Shown piece after piece: positions 50,571 through 59,456 of a stretch of DNA of 64,000 nt. The position numbers and the translations under genes are program-made. The notes below the pieces were generated by a model. The model was given only the letters and a program-made list of their open reading frames with translations. It was not told the origin of the DNA and searched no databases. How positions within the stretch are numbered: the stretch's first letter is position 1; the number at the start of each line of letters is the position of its first letter. This DNA comes from Planctomycetota bacterium. Lineage in GTDB: Bacteria > Planctomycetota > B15-G4. Where the stretch lies: contig CBDFJQ010000002.1 of assembly GCA_965248575.1 (NCBI GenBank), positions 4,256,001 to 4,320,000 on the forward strand, given 5' to 3'.

Positions 50571-51212
50571 CTACTGTTCCCGCTTCGCTACCTCGATCCG
50601 AATGAACTCAGGCAGGTAGGACGGCGTGCAGTTCTTCGCGACAGGGTCAGCCTTGTAGAGGCCGACCTTCTTGCCGAGCTGGATGCAGCGAGATCGGTAC
50701 GACCGCTGGTGGATGCCGATCCAACCGGCGCAGAAGTTCATGGCCCACTGCACATCGGGGTGGGCGGTTGCCAGCTCCCGCTCCAGCTTCTCGATCAGCT
50801 CGACCGTGTTGTCCGGGGGCGCCTGCCCCGTCCACCTCAAGCGCGCCTGGTGGTACCAGTAGAGGCGACGGAGAACGGGCGAATCGCTTTGCTCCCAGCT
50901 TTCCAGCAGCGCGACCGTCTTCTTGCCCTTCATCAGCTGGTTGGCCAGCAGCCAGTCGGAAAGCTGGTTCCGCTCCGCCTCGTCATGCTTGAGCATGTCG
51001 GCGGCGAGCGCATCGAGCAGGTCCTGGGTCAGCAGCGCCTTGTCGAGGATCAGGGTTGAGAGCAGGCGTGGGTGGAAGTTGCCTGTTGCCCAGAGCTCCA
51101 TGGCGAGCTTGTGGTCCTTCTTGATCGCCTTTCCGCGCTTCTTGATGTCGCCGAGTTTGGTGCCTTCAGCGTTGAGTTCGGAGGCGATCGTCTTGGCTGC
51201 TGCGGAAACCAT
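50571..51212 (-). CDS. DNA alkylation repair (AlkD-like) protein, second gene of array 2
   Basis: KKDHKLAMELWATG, VQWAMN, IQLGKKVGLYK, KNCTPSYLPEFI; follows an attC. Confidence 0.85.
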   Translation of the reverse strand: MVSAAAKTIASELNAEGTKLGDIKKRGKAIKKDHKLAMELWATGNFHPRLLSTLILDKALLTQDLLDALAADMLKHDEAERNQLSDWLLANQLMKGKKTVALLESWEQSDSPVLRRLYWYHQARLRWTGQAPPDNTVELIEKLERELATAHPDVQWAMNFCAGWIGIHQRSYRSRCIQLGKKVGLYKADPVAKNCTPSYLPEFIRIEVAKREQ

Positions 51213-51246
51213 CTCTCTTTCCTGGGTCAGGGTCGACAGTCAGTTG

Positions 51247-51309
51247 GTCTGACGGCTCGGCAATCAGTGGCGACTCGAAGGGTCGTCCGTCTGCATCGGC
51301 TTGTTAGGA
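51247..51309 (-). mobile_element. attC site (63 bp) with mutated R' (GTCAGAC)
   Basis: TCCTAACAAGCCGATGCAGACGGACGAC...GTCGCCACTGATTGCCGAGCCGTCAGAC. Confidence 0.75.
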
Positions 51310-51779
51310 CGATTCGGTGGCATCACTTGTTCATCGATCATCCCATAAATCGTAGTAGTCTCGAGTTCCCCGGCGCCTAGCTGGAGGACCTTTCTGGCGT
51401 CAGACGTGCGGCGTGCGAACACATCCATCTTAATCAGTCCTTGCTCCAGCTCCATTATCGCCTGATCGAGTAGATGAAAGGCGGCGAAGTACCTCTCCGC
51501 CTTCTGAAGCGGTCCAAGCAGCGTGATCAAGCTGCCGCAAATGGTGGCCAAGACTCCAAGCAACCACGCATTTGGCCGAAGCATGACAAGAGGAACAAGG
51601 CCATCTATTGGATCAGCCCCTCCCGGGACGTTAAGAGCTGTAAGCAACGCGGCACTGAGAATGCCTAGAAAGCCGATCGAATAATGTGCCCCCCACCACA
51701 TTCGGTAAAGGTTTTTAGATCTCAGGCGAAGAGATTTCGCGTTCCGGGGAACGTTCTTGGACCTCTCTGGAACAATCAT
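51264..51779 (-). CDS. Gene cassette: 2-TM protein resembling SLATT/DUF4231
   Basis: WWGAHYSIG-TM1...TM2-LGPLQKAERY followed by a helical tail; AT-rich; ORF reads into the attC (PNKPMQTD). Confidence 0.6.
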   Translation of the reverse strand: MIVPERSKNVPRNAKSLRLRSKNLYRMWWGAHYSIGFLGILSAALLTALNVPGGADPIDGLVPLVMLRPNAWLLGVLATICGSLITLLGPLQKAERYFAAFHLLDQAIMELEQGLIKMDVFARRTSDARKVLQLGAGELETTTIYGMIDEQVMPPNRPNKPMQTDDPSSRH

Positions 51780-51803
51780 TGCATTCTCCCTGCTTGCCTG
51801 TCC

Positions 51804-51823
51804 GCCTAACTGCAATTAGACGG
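51804..51823 (-). mobile_element. attI-like site of array 2
   Basis: CCGTCTAATTGCAGTTAGGC has the same architecture as 42697-42716; part of a TTAGACG...CGTCTAA inverted repeat. Confidence 0.65.
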
Positions 51824-51965
51824 CGTATCTGCGTCTAACAATTGCGAAGCGTCCACGAAACCCTGCACCAGCGCGCCGCCGGCGTAATTGTCTTTCCCCG
51901 TTTGGCTATGCGCGCCATCTCCGTGAGGATGCGGGTGCTTGCCGCATTCCTCCCCACATGACGGT

Positions 51966-51998
51966 TCGAGCGTATCTCGTTTGGGCAGGTCCGTCTAT
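51966..51998. promoter_or_regulatory. Conserved 33-bp motif upstream of attI-like site 2
   Basis: TCGAGCGTATCTCGTTTGGGCAGGTCCGTCTAT, 156 bp from the crossover G versus 149 bp at locus 1. Confidence 0.55.
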
Positions 51999-52144
51999 TG
52001 CTGCATCGTGGGGGCCGGAATGCCAATTTGGTCTCGACGAACGGCGTGGGGGGCCACCTGGCTGCGGATGCCACTTTGTGGACTAGGCGGAGCCGTCCAA
52101 TCGCACCTGTACGTTCGATTCACGGACCCATGTCACTGGCTCCT

Positions 52145-52852
52145 TCAGTGCTCAAGCGCATCCAACCGTTGCTTCAGCGACGCCACCTCGGCTTCCAGCT
52201 CCCGCACGCGCTCTTCCAACTCATCAATCACAGGGTTCGCTGGCGCTGCGCTCACGGTGACGCTTGCCACCGGTGCTTCGCGCACCTCCCGCGCCACCGG
52301 CTCCTCTACCCCAACGCCGGCGGGCTCCAAACCCGCACCGCCACCTCCAGCACCACCCCCACTGCCCAAACAATGCCCCACGCGCCCAGCCCGTGACCCC
52401 GCCACGGGCGCAACAGCCTCCACCAACCCCCGCGCCTGCAACCGCCCCAGAATCACACCCAACTCCGGCAGCGACGCAACCGGCGCCATGCGCTTGATAC
52501 GCCCGCGCAACTCGCCGTGCGTCTGCGGCCCACGCAACATGAGTTCAGCCAGAATCCCCAGCTCCTGATCGTCGACCTCCAGCACCTCCTTGGCCGTGTG
52601 GGCGTACTTCACCACCCGCGCGCCCGCCGTGTGCATCTCGTTCACGATGCGGTGCAGGCGTAGACGCAGCAGAGCCTCGTTCACCGTCTGCTCGGTGTAG
52701 AACTCCACCGGGAAGCGGTTCGACTTCTGGTTGCAGCCGTTCACCAAGGCATTGATCGAGAGCGGGTAACCCTCGGGCGTGGTGAAGGCCTTCTCGATGA
52801 GCACACCAATGATGCGGGCTTCGATGGGGTCGAGTGGTTCGCTGAGTGACAT
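52145..52852 (-). CDS. YceH/DUF480 family protein
   Basis: EARIIGVLIEK...TTPEGYPLSINALVNGCNQKSNR; LMLRGPQTHGELRGR; C-terminal coiled coil. Confidence 0.92.
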   Translation of the reverse strand: MSLSEPLDPIEARIIGVLIEKAFTTPEGYPLSINALVNGCNQKSNRFPVEFYTEQTVNEALLRLRLHRIVNEMHTAGARVVKYAHTAKEVLEVDDQELGILAELMLRGPQTHGELRGRIKRMAPVASLPELGVILGRLQARGLVEAVAPVAGSRAGRVGHCLGSGGGAGGGGAGLEPAGVGVEEPVAREVREAPVASVTVSAAPANPVIDELEERVRELEAEVASLKQRLDALEH

Positions 52853-52925
52853 GGGCGCTGGCTTGTTTCGGGCTGAGTGGGGGTGGGCGGCTGGCTGTTC
52901 GAGTGGCAAGCGAAGCGGTGGGGGC

Positions 52926-53711
52926 TCAGGACGACGGAGGGGCGCCGGGGCTTCCAGCGGCTCCTTCAATCAACTCCACGAGCAGAGACGCCAGCACATC
53001 AAAGGTCGCTTCACCTTCAGCAGCACTCGCCTCGGCCGGCTTGCCGAAGTAGGCCTGGGTCCCGCCGGCCTCCAGGAAGTTCTTCTGCCCGGCTTGGATC
53101 ACGTCCACCAGGCTGATGTCCACCTCGGGTAACGCCTCGCGGATGGCGTCGTTGACCGAGCTGGGGTCATCCGCCATGACCAGCGAGGATTCGTAGCTGC
53201 CGGCGTGACACGCGCCGCTCTGGAACTCGGGGGTGAGGCGCTCGGCGTTGCGGCGGCGGGTCACGTCCGGGAAGAGCACCTCCACGCCCGTGGCCTGCTT
53301 CACCTGGGCCAGGGCATCCTTGATGGAGACTAGGTGGTCGGGCTCCAGGTGGCCGTTGGCCACGGCGACGGGCGAGAAGCCTGCCTGCACGGCCCCGCGC
53401 AGGATCTCGGCCAGGTGGGCGCTGGCGGTGCCGGCGCTGAGGCTCAGGGCTCCTGCGAAACCTGCGGCAAACTCCGTCACGGCGTAGGCCACCGCGGGCA
53501 GCACCACGCAGGGCGTGCCGGCTGCCTCCAGCCTCGCCGCCGCCCGCAGGGCCATGCCCCGGGCGATGGTCACATCGGTGTCCAGGGGCAGATGGGGGCC
53601 GTGGGGCTCCGTGGACCCCACCGGTAGGATGGCCGCGCAGCCGGCCTCGATGCGCGCCTGCACCTGTGGCCAGGAGAGCTTGGCCAGCTCTAGGGGGTCT
53701 GACGGGCTCAT
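52926..53711 (-). CDS. Creatininase family amidohydrolase
   Basis: LPVGSTEPHGPHLPLDTD, NGH, HAGSYESS motifs. Confidence 0.92.
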   Translation of the reverse strand: MSPSDPLELAKLSWPQVQARIEAGCAAILPVGSTEPHGPHLPLDTDVTIARGMALRAAARLEAAGTPCVVLPAVAYAVTEFAAGFAGALSLSAGTASAHLAEILRGAVQAGFSPVAVANGHLEPDHLVSIKDALAQVKQATGVEVLFPDVTRRRNAERLTPEFQSGACHAGSYESSLVMADDPSSVNDAIREALPEVDISLVDVIQAGQKNFLEAGGTQAYFGKPAEASAAEGEATFDVLASLLVELIEGAAGSPGAPPSS

Positions 53712-53841
53712 GGCAGATTCGACCTCCGGGGGGGCTTTGCCTCTCGTGGGCCGGCATCATAGCCAGCTCGGGAAGAGACTCGTGCTGCGGGGCGTCTCAG
53801 TTCGGTTCCCGAGGCGTGTGGCGCCGTGTGGTGCCCAAGGC

Positions 53842-53877
53842 GCCCCAGGAGCCCCAGCAGCCCCAGCAGCCCCAGCC
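53842..53877. repeat. 9-bp tandem repeat, four copies of about GCCCCAGCA
   Basis: gccccagga gccccagca gccccagca gccccagcc in a divergent intergenic region. Confidence 0.8.
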
Positions 53878-53972
53878 TTTTGGCCCAGTCTTGAGACTGG
53901 AGCGGGACGTCGGGATACTCGGCCCCCTGCCGCCATGCGGCCGCAACCCCAACCCAAGCGGTGCCCTTCACG

Positions 53973-54692
53973 ATGATGCGACCCACCTCGACCCGCCCGG
54001 CGATCTTTGCGCAACCGGCGACGCTGGCGCTCCTGGCCGTGCTCCTGCTTCTTGCACCTGGCTGCGCTGTCGCCCGCTACGCCGGCAACCGCATCATGGA
54101 CCTGACGGACATCATCGACTTCAAGTACGGCGTGGCCATCGGTGCCGGCGCCAAGGTCGAGATCACCCAGTTCGTCGGGGCAGGCGGCGGCGCAGCGGCC
54201 CTGGGCTACAGCCGCGAGTGGTATGGGCGTCGGTCGATGGAGCGCAAGGGCTTCGCCTTCGTGCACCTGGGTGGCATCGGCGTGGACGGCGGCTACGGCA
54301 GCATGAACCTGGGCGGCTGGTCCGACGAGCGCGCCGAGATCTATCTTCTGCTCGTGAACGGCTCGGCCCTGGCGGACTTCGGTATCGCCCCGGGCGGCGA
54401 CGCCATCATCGACACCTTCAACAGCCAGGCACCCATCAGGTTGGGGACCGAGATCTCAGAGATCGAGCCGCCCACCCGCTTCGAGCCCCTGCACCCCCTC
54501 GACTACTGGCGCTTCGGCGTCGAGGCCATCGTGCCCATCGGCGTGCACTTCGGCATCTACTTCAACTTCGGCCAGCTGATCGACTTCGTGGTTGGCCTGA
54601 CCACCTACGACCCCACCGGCGACGACGGCCTGAGCTTCTTCGACACCTACAACATCCCGCCCGAAGAGGCTGAAGACGAGTCGGTGCGGTAA
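53973..54692 (+). CDS. Hypothetical lipoprotein
   Basis: Lipobox LAPGC; YAGNRIMDLTDI; C-terminal LIDFVVGLTTYDPTGDD. Confidence 0.7.
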   Translation: MMRPTSTRPAIFAQPATLALLAVLLLLAPGCAVARYAGNRIMDLTDIIDFKYGVAIGAGAKVEITQFVGAGGGAAALGYSREWYGRRSMERKGFAFVHLGGIGVDGGYGSMNLGGWSDERAEIYLLLVNGSALADFGIAPGGDAIIDTFNSQAPIRLGTEISEIEPPTRFEPLHPLDYWRFGVEAIVPIGVHFGIYFNFGQLIDFVVGLTTYDPTGDDGLSFFDTYNIPPEEAEDESVR

Positions 54693-54738
54693 GGAGCAGG
54701 GCCCGCTCGGCCGCTGACTCGCTCGCCGTTGCGGCCTG

Positions 54739-56307
54739 CTACACCGCCCGCTGACTCAACGCGCGGCGGTCCACCTTCCCGCGGTCGTTCTTGGGCAGGT
54801 CGTCCAGGAAGGTGACCACCCGCGGGTACTTGTGCGGCGCCAGCTTCACGCGCACGTACTCCTGCAGCTCGGCGGCCAGGCTTTCGTGGGGCTCGTCCCC
54901 GGCGGCCACCACGAAGGCCCGGGGTTTGATCAGGTCCTCGGCGTCCTTCCAGCCGATCACCGCTGCTTGCTCCACACCGTTGTGGGTCAGCAGGCACTCC
55001 TCCACTTCGTGCGGCGCGACGAACTTGCCGCCCACCTTGAGCAGCTCGTCGGCGCGGCCCTCGTAGTAGAAATAGCCGTCGTCGTCCATCCGGAAGAGGT
55101 CGCCGGTGATGACCAGGTCGCCGCGGAAGGTTTCCTTGCTGGCCTCGTGGGCCTGCCAGTAGCAGAGAGCGGCGCTTTCGCCGCGCACGTGCAGGCGGCC
55201 CGTTTCGCCGCTGGCCAACTCGAAGCCGGTCTCGTCGACGACACGGCAGTCGTAGCCGGGCACCGCCTGGCCCAGGCTGCCGGGGCGCACCTTGCCGGGA
55301 CGGTTGCTGATGTAGATGTGGAACAACTCGGCGCTGCCGATGCCGTCCAGGATCTCGACGCCGGTGCGATCGATCCACTGGCGTTGCAGGGCTTCGGGCA
55401 GCTTCTCACCCGCTGAGAGCACGAGCCGCAGGCTGCTCAGGTCGAGGCGGCTGCCGCGTTGCTCGCTGGCCAGCATCTTGCCGATCATGGTGGGCACGCT
55501 GGTGAGGATGGTGGGGCGGTGGCGCTCCACCAGCTCGCAAATGCTCTCGGGGGTGGAGCGCTCGCTGAAGAGCACCGTCGTGGCGCCCACCGCGAAGGGG
55601 AACATGAGGTTCGTGCCGGTGGCGTAGCCGAAGAAGAGCTTGGGCACGCCCGCCGTCACATCGTCCTCGCGAATGCCCAACACGCCCTTGGCATACTGCT
55701 CGATGTTGTAGGCGAAGTCTTCGTGCAGGTGCACCGCGGCTTTGGGGCGGCCGGTGCTGCCGCTCGTGAACAGCCAGCCCGCGATGTCGTGCTTGTGGGT
55801 GTCGGCGCGGCCGGCTCCGGGCGGCGACTCCTCGATCAGGTCGGCCATGGCGAACTGGTGCGCACACTCCAGGCTCGGGCGATCGCTGGTGCTCTCGCCA
55901 CCCGCAACGACGACGGCCATGAGATGCGGGCTGCGTTCTTTGAGCCGCGCGAACATCGGTACCAGCTCGGCGTCGATGACCGCGATGCGCGCCCGGGTGT
56001 AGTCCAGGTAGTCGGCGTAGGCCTCCTCCTTGAGCAGCGGGTTGACCATGGCGAAGACGCCGCCCGCCTCGAGCGTGGCGAACCAGGCGTGGCTGAACTC
56101 CGGCCGGTCCGAGAGGGCCAACAGCACCCGCTCTTCCTGGCGCAGGCCCAGGTCCACGAAGGCGCTGGCCAGCCTGCTGCTCGCATCGGCCAGCTGGGCA
56201 TAGGTGAACGCCTCCTCGCGCCAACGCAAGGCCACCTTCTCACCGCGCCCCGCGTCGATGTTGTGGTGCAACAGATAGTCGGCAAGGTTGAAGTGGTCGG
56301 GGAACAT
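54739..56307 (-). CDS. Benzoate-CoA ligase family (aryl-CoA ligase)
   Basis: LFTSGSTGRPK, KLFFGYATG, SAGE, DGIGSAE..HIYIS, TGD, GRADELLKVGG motifs. Confidence 0.92.
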   Translation of the reverse strand: MFPDHFNLADYLLHHNIDAGRGEKVALRWREEAFTYAQLADASSRLASAFVDLGLRQEERVLLALSDRPEFSHAWFATLEAGGVFAMVNPLLKEEAYADYLDYTRARIAVIDAELVPMFARLKERSPHLMAVVVAGGESTSDRPSLECAHQFAMADLIEESPPGAGRADTHKHDIAGWLFTSGSTGRPKAAVHLHEDFAYNIEQYAKGVLGIREDDVTAGVPKLFFGYATGTNLMFPFAVGATTVLFSERSTPESICELVERHRPTILTSVPTMIGKMLASEQRGSRLDLSSLRLVLSAGEKLPEALQRQWIDRTGVEILDGIGSAELFHIYISNRPGKVRPGSLGQAVPGYDCRVVDETGFELASGETGRLHVRGESAALCYWQAHEASKETFRGDLVITGDLFRMDDDGYFYYEGRADELLKVGGKFVAPHEVEECLLTHNGVEQAAVIGWKDAEDLIKPRAFVVAAGDEPHESLAAELQEYVRVKLAPHKYPRVVTFLDDLPKNDRGKVDRRALSQRAV

Positions 56308-56622
56308 CGTCGTGTCCGCGGGGGCTGTTCGAAGTGGGGCAGAGCGTAGCGCGGCTCCCGGAATCGGGCGAGGGGGCGCGGGGTGTGTGCCTGGGAGCTC
56401 CGGGAGGTGCGGCGCTCGGATTGGGTGTTCCGGGCTGAGGGCGAGTCTCAACCGCAAGCGATGGTTGGTTTGAACGGCTTCGCGCGGGTGCCCGTCTCGG
56501 GGTCGGGCCGGCGTTCGGCCTGGGGTTCGGCGGGCGATGAACCGGGATTTGGTGGGCGCGATGGGATCAAGAAAAGGACGGGGAGTTTCGATGGGTGCCT
56601 TTCACCACTGCGGATTTCAGCC

Positions 56623-57591
56623 ATGAAGTGCATCGAAAGCGGGCGCTCCAGCCCACAGCGCCGTTCACTCGCCCAGACCCTCTGCTGGGCCCTTTGCGCC
56701 AGCTTCTTGCTGGGCGGTGCAGGGACGGCGACGGCCCAGAGTGTCGGCGAACTCGACGCCCTCAACGCCAAGAAGTCTGCCCAGGCGGCCTCGTCGCTGG
56801 CCAAGAGTGAGAAGAAGGAAGCCAAGCTCTCGGCCAAGATTGCGCTGCAACAGACCCAGCTCGCCGGACTCCAAGCCAGTCTGGCGGCGGCGCAGGCAGC
56901 GGCCCCCGCCCTGGCGGCCACCCTCGCGGCGGCCATGCTCGACCTGTCCGCAGCACAGGACCTGCCCGCAGTCACGCCCGAGCAGAAGGGTGCTCGCAAG
57001 TCGGCCATCAAGCTGGCGAAGAAGGCCTTCGCCCAGGCCCAGAAGGCGGTCAAGAAGAACGCCTCGGCCACGACCAAGCTGCAGAAGAAGGGCGCCAAGC
57101 TCATTGGCAAGATGGCGAAGGTGCAGGGCAAGCTGGACACTCTCGCGGCGGTCATCGCCGGCCTGCAGAACGACCTCGACAAGTTGGAGGGCGACTTCGG
57201 CTTCGTCGCCCTGGACCAACTGGGCGCCCAAGTGACGGTGCTGGATGGCGACGGACTGCCCGTGCCCTTCGCGCACATCACCATCAGTGACTCGCTGGAG
57301 TTGCCGCGCAACAAGAAGGGCGTGATCCTGCCCTTCGTGTTGGAAGACATCGTGACCCCAGCGGTCTACGCCCAGGGCTTTACCGATGCGTTGGGGGTGT
57401 TCCAGCTCCCCGTGCACCTGCCGCCGCACCGCTCGAGCTTCGACGTGATCGTGGACAAGAGCGGACTGAGTGGCACCTACACCGAAGAGACCCTGCGCAG
57501 CGAGTGGGGTGTGTTCGCACCCTCCGCGCGCATCACTGTCGGCACCTTCGGGCTCGCGTCCGTGAGTGTGTCGCTGCAGGAGATGAACTGA
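56623..57591 (+). CDS. Secreted K/A-rich coiled-coil protein with a C-terminal beta domain
   Basis: Signal peptide; about 150-aa coiled coil; VTVLDGDGLPVP...QGFTDALG; 1-nt gap to the LruC-domain gene. Confidence 0.7.
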   Translation: MKCIESGRSSPQRRSLAQTLCWALCASFLLGGAGTATAQSVGELDALNAKKSAQAASSLAKSEKKEAKLSAKIALQQTQLAGLQASLAAAQAAAPALAATLAAAMLDLSAAQDLPAVTPEQKGARKSAIKLAKKAFAQAQKAVKKNASATTKLQKKGAKLIGKMAKVQGKLDTLAAVIAGLQNDLDKLEGDFGFVALDQLGAQVTVLDGDGLPVPFAHITISDSLELPRNKKGVILPFVLEDIVTPAVYAQGFTDALGVFQLPVHLPPHRSSFDVIVDKSGLSGTYTEETLRSEWGVFAPSARITVGTFGLASVSVSLQEMN

Positions 57592-57592
57592 T

Positions 57593-59323
57593 ATGAAGCC
57601 TGCACGCGCTGCGCGTCTGCTCGCCCTGGCCTCTGTGTTCCAGGTGCTGTGCCTGGCCCCGGCCACGGCCCAGATCGGCGAGACGGACTTTGTCGACGGC
57701 AACAGCTTCATCCCGGAATCGGTGCTGCTGGAGATCGGCGACCTACTGCCCGAGCGAGCCAACACCGGCTCGGCCTATCTCTCCGAAGCCCACGCCCCCG
57801 ACCTGCTCATCACCGAGGACACCACCCTCACGGTGCACTTCGTGTGGGAGGGCTCCGGCTACAAGAACAGCCTGGGCTACTTCACCTACACCACCGATCC
57901 GCTGACCATCGTGGACCGGCAGTTGATCTTCCCCAACGCCTCCTTGAACGGGAAAGGCGGCCTGCTCGAGGTGGGTGACAACTCCGTGCTGCGAGACAGC
58001 TCGGGCGTGCCGCGCACCTTCCATGCCGGCGAGCGGGTGGGCTTCTTCCTGGTGGCCAAGAGCTGGCCCAAGGACTCGGCCATCGCCAACTGGGACGCGC
58101 TGACCGCCACCCTGCCTTCTCTCGACCCCGCCACCAATGAGGCGAGTTCGAAGGGCAAGGGGACGTTTACGTCCGTCGACTTGCTGAACCCGGAGAACGC
58201 GGGGAACCGGCCGGACATCTCGCGCCACGTGGCCATGATTGCCCAGCCGGGCGGCGACGGTTTCCTGGGCGACGAGCCCTACGTGGTGGTGGGCATCGAG
58301 GACCAGGACCGCCGCAACGGCGACATCGACTTCAACGACGTCGTCTTCCTGCTCAACGCCTCTGCATCGGGAGCGGTCGACACCGGCACCACCTACGAGC
58401 CGGGTCCGCCGGACGATGACTCCGATGGTGTGACCGGTACGGACGACCACTACCCCAACGATGCCGAACGCGCCCACGTTTCCGTCTCCCCAGCCTTTGG
58501 CTGGAGCGCCCTGGGTCTCGAAGACCTCTACCCGCAACTGGGTGACGGTGACTACAACGACACCGTGCTGGCCTACCGCTTCGACACCGTGAAGAATGCC
58601 CAGGGTTTCGTGAAGGAGATCCTCGGCACCTTCCATCTGCTGGCGCGTGGGGCGAGTCTCGACCATCGTCTCGGCATCCACTTTCCTGGCCTGCCAAGCG
58701 ATGCGACGGGCACCATCCAGGTGGAGCGCTTCCTGAGCGACGACGACGAGACCCATGTGGTCGAGCCGGTGACGCCGATGGAAGACCTGATCAACCTCGA
58801 GTCACGCCGCCTCGAAACGGTGCTGCCGCACTCGAGCCTGGCCATGCCGAATGTGCCTGGCAAGTTCGTGGTGAACACGGACCCCTTGGGGACCATCGAC
58901 CGCATGGGGGCCTCGAGCCGTTTCCTCATGACCTTCGACACGGCCATCGACCCGGCCCTGCTGGGGCAGGCGCCCTACGACATCTACTGGCTGGTGAACG
59001 ACGGCTTCGACTGGGTCGACATCCACCTCGCCGGCCAGGATGCCTTCGACGACCACCCGGAGGGCTACCCCGACGAGACGGGGCCCACGGCCTTCCTGGA
59101 CGCCGCGGGCTACCCCTGGCTGCTGGACGTGCCTTATGCCTGGCAGTTCCCGCTGGAGTCGATCTCCGTCTTCGATGCCTTCCCGCACTTCAAGGGCTGG
59201 GCGGCTTCCCACGGCACCTCCCAATCCGACTGGTACGAAACCCCCGTGAACGCCGACACCGGCCACCCCACGGAGGCCTACTTGGTGAGCCGCGACTGGT
59301 CGGTGAAGTTGCCAACGCCGTAG
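57593..59323 (+). CDS. LruC-domain (DUF4842) and DUF4114 protein
   Basis: EGSGYKNSLGYF, GIEDQ...DIDFNDVVF, DDDSDGV...DHYP, LEDLYPQLGDGDYND, YPWLL, FPLE motifs. Confidence 0.85.
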   Translation: MKPARAARLLALASVFQVLCLAPATAQIGETDFVDGNSFIPESVLLEIGDLLPERANTGSAYLSEAHAPDLLITEDTTLTVHFVWEGSGYKNSLGYFTYTTDPLTIVDRQLIFPNASLNGKGGLLEVGDNSVLRDSSGVPRTFHAGERVGFFLVAKSWPKDSAIANWDALTATLPSLDPATNEASSKGKGTFTSVDLLNPENAGNRPDISRHVAMIAQPGGDGFLGDEPYVVVGIEDQDRRNGDIDFNDVVFLLNASASGAVDTGTTYEPGPPDDDSDGVTGTDDHYPNDAERAHVSVSPAFGWSALGLEDLYPQLGDGDYNDTVLAYRFDTVKNAQGFVKEILGTFHLLARGASLDHRLGIHFPGLPSDATGTIQVERFLSDDDETHVVEPVTPMEDLINLESRRLETVLPHSSLAMPNVPGKFVVNTDPLGTIDRMGASSRFLMTFDTAIDPALLGQAPYDIYWLVNDGFDWVDIHLAGQDAFDDHPEGYPDETGPTAFLDAAGYPWLLDVPYAWQFPLESISVFDAFPHFKGWAASHGTSQSDWYETPVNADTGHPTEAYLVSRDWSVKLPTP

Positions 59324-59456
59324 GGGTCGGTGGGGACGGATTCAGCAGACGTCTCGAGACGTCGCACACCTGACGCGGGTCGGGTCGAGAACGTGTTCCG
59401 TGCGTGATACAACGCTCGGAATCTTCTCGTCCCCACGACCCCCTGCGGATAGTGCC

